DNA of 16,574 nucleotides from an uncultured Deinococcales bacterium. GTDB taxonomy: Bacteria; Deinococcota; Deinococci; Deinococcales; JAAFIG01. Every line of letters starts with the position of its first letter. Position 1 is the stretch's first letter. Location: contig CAXTKV010000117.1 of NCBI GenBank assembly GCA_964244895.1, positions 1 through 16,574 of the forward strand, read 5' to 3'. The notes below the pieces were generated by a model that was not told where the DNA came from, searched no databases, and worked only from the letters and a program-made list of their open reading frames with translations. The position numbers were made by a program, and so were the translations under genes. Positions 14,104-16,574 of the stretch are shown in pieces.

Positions 14104-15453
14104 GTGATCATCGTCTGGCACAGGGCTGACCTCCGCACGCACGACCATCCGGCGCTGCTCGAGGCGGCACAAAACGGGCCGGTGCTGCCGGTTTTCGTGC
14201 TCGATCCGAGCTTGCTGCGACTGCCGTATTCCGGGCGCACCCGGATCGCGTTTTTGCACGCGAATTTGCGCGCGCTGGACGGGTCTTATGCTCGTCTCGG
14301 TTCGAGTTTGGTGGTGCGCGTGGGCGAGCCCGAAAAAGAACTGCTGGACTTGTGCCGACTGAGCGGTGCGAAAGCCGTGTACGCCCTGCGCAGCTACGAA
14401 CCTGTCGGGCGCAAACGCGACGAACGCGTCGGCAAGGCCCTCAAGGCTGCCGGGATCGAATGGCGCTTGTTGGTCGGGGACGCGATCCAGCAACCCGGCT
14501 CGATTCGCACGCAGACGGGCGGGTCGTACCGGGTCTTCACCCCGTTCTGGCGCGCCTGGAGCGGCATCCCGATGACCAATCCGTCGCCCGCTCCGGAACG
14601 CCTCGAAGATCACGGGATTTCCGGCATCCAGATTCCCGATCCCGTCAGCAGCATCGCGCTGCCGCCCGCCGGGGAGGACGCTGCGATCAGCATGCTCGAG
14701 GATTTCGTGTCTCGGGTCGGGCTGCGCTACGAATCCTTGCGCGACCAGCCCGCCGTGGAAGGCACGTCGCGGTTATCGCCGCATCTGCACCTGGGCGTGA
14801 TCTCCGTGCGTCATGCGGCCTTCCGCGCGGTGCGCGCGGGCATGACGGGCTGGGTGCGCGAGCTCTGCTGGCGCGATTTCTATCGGCACATCCTGTTCGA
14901 CGAACCGCGTCTGGGGACGGAAGCCTTCAAACCCGCCTGGAACGACTTCCCGTGGCGCGACGCACCGGACGACCTGGCGCGATGGCGCGATGGCATGACG
15001 GGTTACCCGATCGTGGACGCCGGAATGCGCCAGTTGCGCGAGACGGGCTGGATGCACAACCGCGTGCGCATGATCGTAGGGAGCTTCCTGACCAAGCACC
15101 TCTTGATCAGCTGGCAGGACGGCGAACGCGTCTTCAACGACCGCCTGGTGGACGGCGACCTGGCCTCGAACAACGGTGGTTGGCAGTGGACGGCGGGGTG
15201 CGGCGTGGACGCCGCGCCGTACTTCCGGGTGTTCAACCCCGTGTCTCAGGGTCAAAAGTTCGACCCAGACGGCGCGTACATCCGTCGGTACGTCCCGGAA
15301 CTCGAGGGGCGAGATCAGGCGGAAGTGCATCAGCCGTGGACTTCCCTGCGTCCGCCCCGCGCCTACCCCGACCCGATCTTGCCACTTGGAATGGGCCGCG
15401 AGCGTTTCCTCGAGACGGCCAAACGCCACCTGAAGGGCAAATCGGACGATTGA
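14104..15453 (+). CDS. phrB: Deoxyribodipyrimidine (class I CPD) photolyase
   Basis: WHRADLRTHDHPAL, YRVFTPF, TSRLSPHL, WRDFY, TGYPIVDAGMRQL..TGWMHNRVRM, DGDLASNNGGWQW and PYFRVFNP. The second GTG (14104) is chosen because TAGTCT lies 6 nt upstream. Confidence 0.95.
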   Translation: MIIVWHRADLRTHDHPALLEAAQNGPVLPVFVLDPSLLRLPYSGRTRIAFLHANLRALDGSYARLGSSLVVRVGEPEKELLDLCRLSGAKAVYALRSYEPVGRKRDERVGKALKAAGIEWRLLVGDAIQQPGSIRTQTGGSYRVFTPFWRAWSGIPMTNPSPAPERLEDHGISGIQIPDPVSSIALPPAGEDAAISMLEDFVSRVGLRYESLRDQPAVEGTSRLSPHLHLGVISVRHAAFRAVRAGMTGWVRELCWRDFYRHILFDEPRLGTEAFKPAWNDFPWRDAPDDLARWRDGMTGYPIVDAGMRQLRETGWMHNRVRMIVGSFLTKHLLISWQDGERVFNDRLVDGDLASNNGGWQWTAGCGVDAAPYFRVFNPVSQGQKFDPDGAYIRRYVPELEGRDQAEVHQPWTSLRPPRAYPDPILPLGMGRERFLETAKRHLKGKSDD

Positions 15454-15464
15454 ATTCATGGAAA

Positions 15465-15506
15465 CATCGTCCTGGACGCATTCCTCAATTTGCGTCCAGG
15501 ACGGTG
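15465..15506. repeat. Palindromic repeat family 1
   Basis: CATCGTCCTGGACGCA / TGCGTCCAGGACGGTG, 16 bp with one T-G and a 10-nt loop, just after the photolyase stop. Confidence 0.85.
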
Positions 15507-15566
15507 CTCTGGAGTCAGATCAAGCTGCGGACGCTCGAGAACCCGGATCGCTAACGGCAATCCCGG

Positions 15567-15609
15567 CGTTCCTGTAGGAGCGAACGGACTGTTCGCCCCT
15601 ACAGGAACG
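15567..15609. repeat. GTAG...CTAC REP-like hairpin (family 2)
   Basis: CGTTCCTGTAGGAGCGAAC-ggact-GTTCGCCCCTACAGGAACG, 19 bp with one mismatch. Confidence 0.8.
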
Positions 15610-15671
15610 GTGCCTCGAGATACAGCTGAAGCGCGGCGGAGGCCGGAGTTTCTGCGTTGCTCCACGGCATC

Positions 15672-15703
15672 AAAAACCCGCCCGAGACCGTCTCGGGCGG
15701 GTT
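15672..15703 (-). terminator. Intrinsic terminator of ddrH
   Basis: 13-bp stem AACCCGCCCGAGA / TCTCGGGCGGGTT followed by a U-tract on the minus strand. Confidence 0.85.
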
Positions 15704-15718
15704 GGATCGGATCGAGGT

Positions 15719-15958
15719 TTACGCCTCGATGCGGCGTTTGGTGGGTTGGGATTCGCTCTGCAGGGCTTGGGTCGCGGCGGCCTGTCCGGCCTGCGCGCCG
15801 AACACCCAGGCGAGTTTCAGCATGAACACGACCGTTTCCGAGTCGCCCTGTGCGACCATCTTGCGGAGGTGATCCTCGACACCCGGCGGCAAGGCCATTT
15901 CTTTGAGGTTGTCCTCGTATTGGGCCTTCATCTGCTGCATGATCTGCTCGAATTCCAT
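15719..15958 (-). CDS. ddrH: DdrH-like DNA damage response protein, 79 aa
   Basis: YEDNLKEMALPPGVEDHLRKMV..GD.ETVVFMLKLAWVFGAQAG resembles Deinococcus DdrH as I recall it. It has its own leaderless extended -10 (TGtTAAGCT-gctccc-ATG) and terminator. Confidence 0.78.
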   Translation of the reverse strand: MEFEQIMQQMKAQYEDNLKEMALPPGVEDHLRKMVAQGDSETVVFMLKLAWVFGAQAGQAAATQALQSESQPTKRRIEA

Positions 15959-16006
15959 GGGAGCAGCTTAACACAAGGACACTCAAGTTATGTATTAGAA
16001 ACTGCT

Positions 16007-16573
16007 TCATGAGGCTTTATCGTTTTCGGCCTCCCGAACCGCCTTTGCCAGCGCCGTGCTCGGGCTCGCGCCGTCGCCGCGGTGGGCGCGGTCGGGCCGA
16101 TCCACCCAGGCTTCGAAGCCTTGATTTGAGCGCCGCACCAGGATTTCCGCGAAGCCAGCATCCAACGCCCTCTCGAAGAGCGCGTCCAGATCCGAGCCGA
16201 CGTGATTGAAGCCCTGTCGCGCCAGCACGCGCCGCAGCGTGAGCTCTCGGGCTTCCATCGTGCCGCCCTGGGCAAAATACCTCGAGAGCGTCTGCGCCCA
16301 GTCGCCCCTGGCGGTGATCGGAGCCATCCGTTCGAGCGCCGTCTCGAGCTCACCGGCTTCGGGCTGGCGGTAGCGGTTCTGGTGGACGATCAGTTCGGGC
16401 TGAATGCGCGGGCGCTGCGCGGGAGCTTCGTCCGGCACGCCGATCACCAGTCCGGCGAACGGCAGCACGCCTTCGGGCAGCGCGCACAATTCCACGATGG
16501 GTTCCAGCGCGCTCAGCACGCCGCCGATCCAGCAGCCCTGGTAGCCCAGCATCTCGGCGGCGATCAGCATGTT
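16007..16573 (-). CDS. Nitroreductase family protein (NfsA/FRP-like), 5' end outside the window, with C-terminal extension
   Basis: AAEMLGYQGCWIGGV, LPEGVLPFAGLVIGVPDE, RPRI and HQNRY. The frame is open to the window edge. Confidence 0.88.
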   Translation of the reverse strand, partial: NMLIAAEMLGYQGCWIGGVLSALEPIVELCALPEGVLPFAGLVIGVPDEAPAQRPRIQPELIVHQNRYRQPEAGELETALERMAPITARGDWAQTLSRYFAQGGTMEARELTLRRVLARQGFNHVGSDLDALFERALDAGFAEILVRRSNQGFEAWVDRPDRAHRGDGASPSTALAKAVREAENDKAS

Positions 16574-16574
16574 C

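Noticed and set aside
2011..15506. Family-1 palindromes as CRISPR repeats or attC-like cassette sites
   Set aside because: They are dispersed singly between housekeeping genes in both orientations, with no regular repeat-spacer period, no cas or integrase gene and no consistent RYYYAAC/GTTRRRY ends.
15959..16006. RDRM (DdrO) operator upstream of ddrH; also looked for upstream of polB, yegP and phrB
   Set aside because: Only a half-site-like TTATGT (15988-15993) is present. No convincing 17-bp palindrome was found by eye.

Overview
GC-rich (about 65% by eye) chromosomal window, most likely from the Deinococcota. This is inferred from a DdrH-like gene, a Deinococcus/Thermus-type HU and many leaderless TANNNT-N6-start genes. 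It holds about 19 coding regions: DUF6855-like protein (truncated), class-III PLP aminotransferase, CPBP/CAAX protease with an upstream small ORF, family-B DNA polymerase, YegP, a uORF-HlyC/CorC-cdd unit, MarR-VOC dioxygenase, SAM methyltransferase-YlmH/S4, RdgB, an exported hypothetical, HU, CPD photolyase, DdrH and a nitroreductase (truncated). No transposase, integrase, tRNA, rRNA or CRISPR array was found. The strongest candidate for a new system is a leaderless, signal-peptide-bearing, His-rich small ORF ending in an RGPP arrest-type motif. Its last codons base-pair with the Shine-Dalgarno of the downstream CPBP protease, a SecM/ApdA/CruR-like layout. Other notable signals: an MgtL-like Pro-rich uORF coupled to the CorC/CNNM gene, a structured RNA of about 170 nt before the aminotransferase, two families of intergenic palindromic repeats (one with covarying arms), HIP-like over-representation of CTCGAG (about 74 copies by hand count), and an S4 gene whose apparent N-terminus lacks a canonical start and is in frame with the upstream gene's stop. 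All family assignments come from motif recognition, not database searches.
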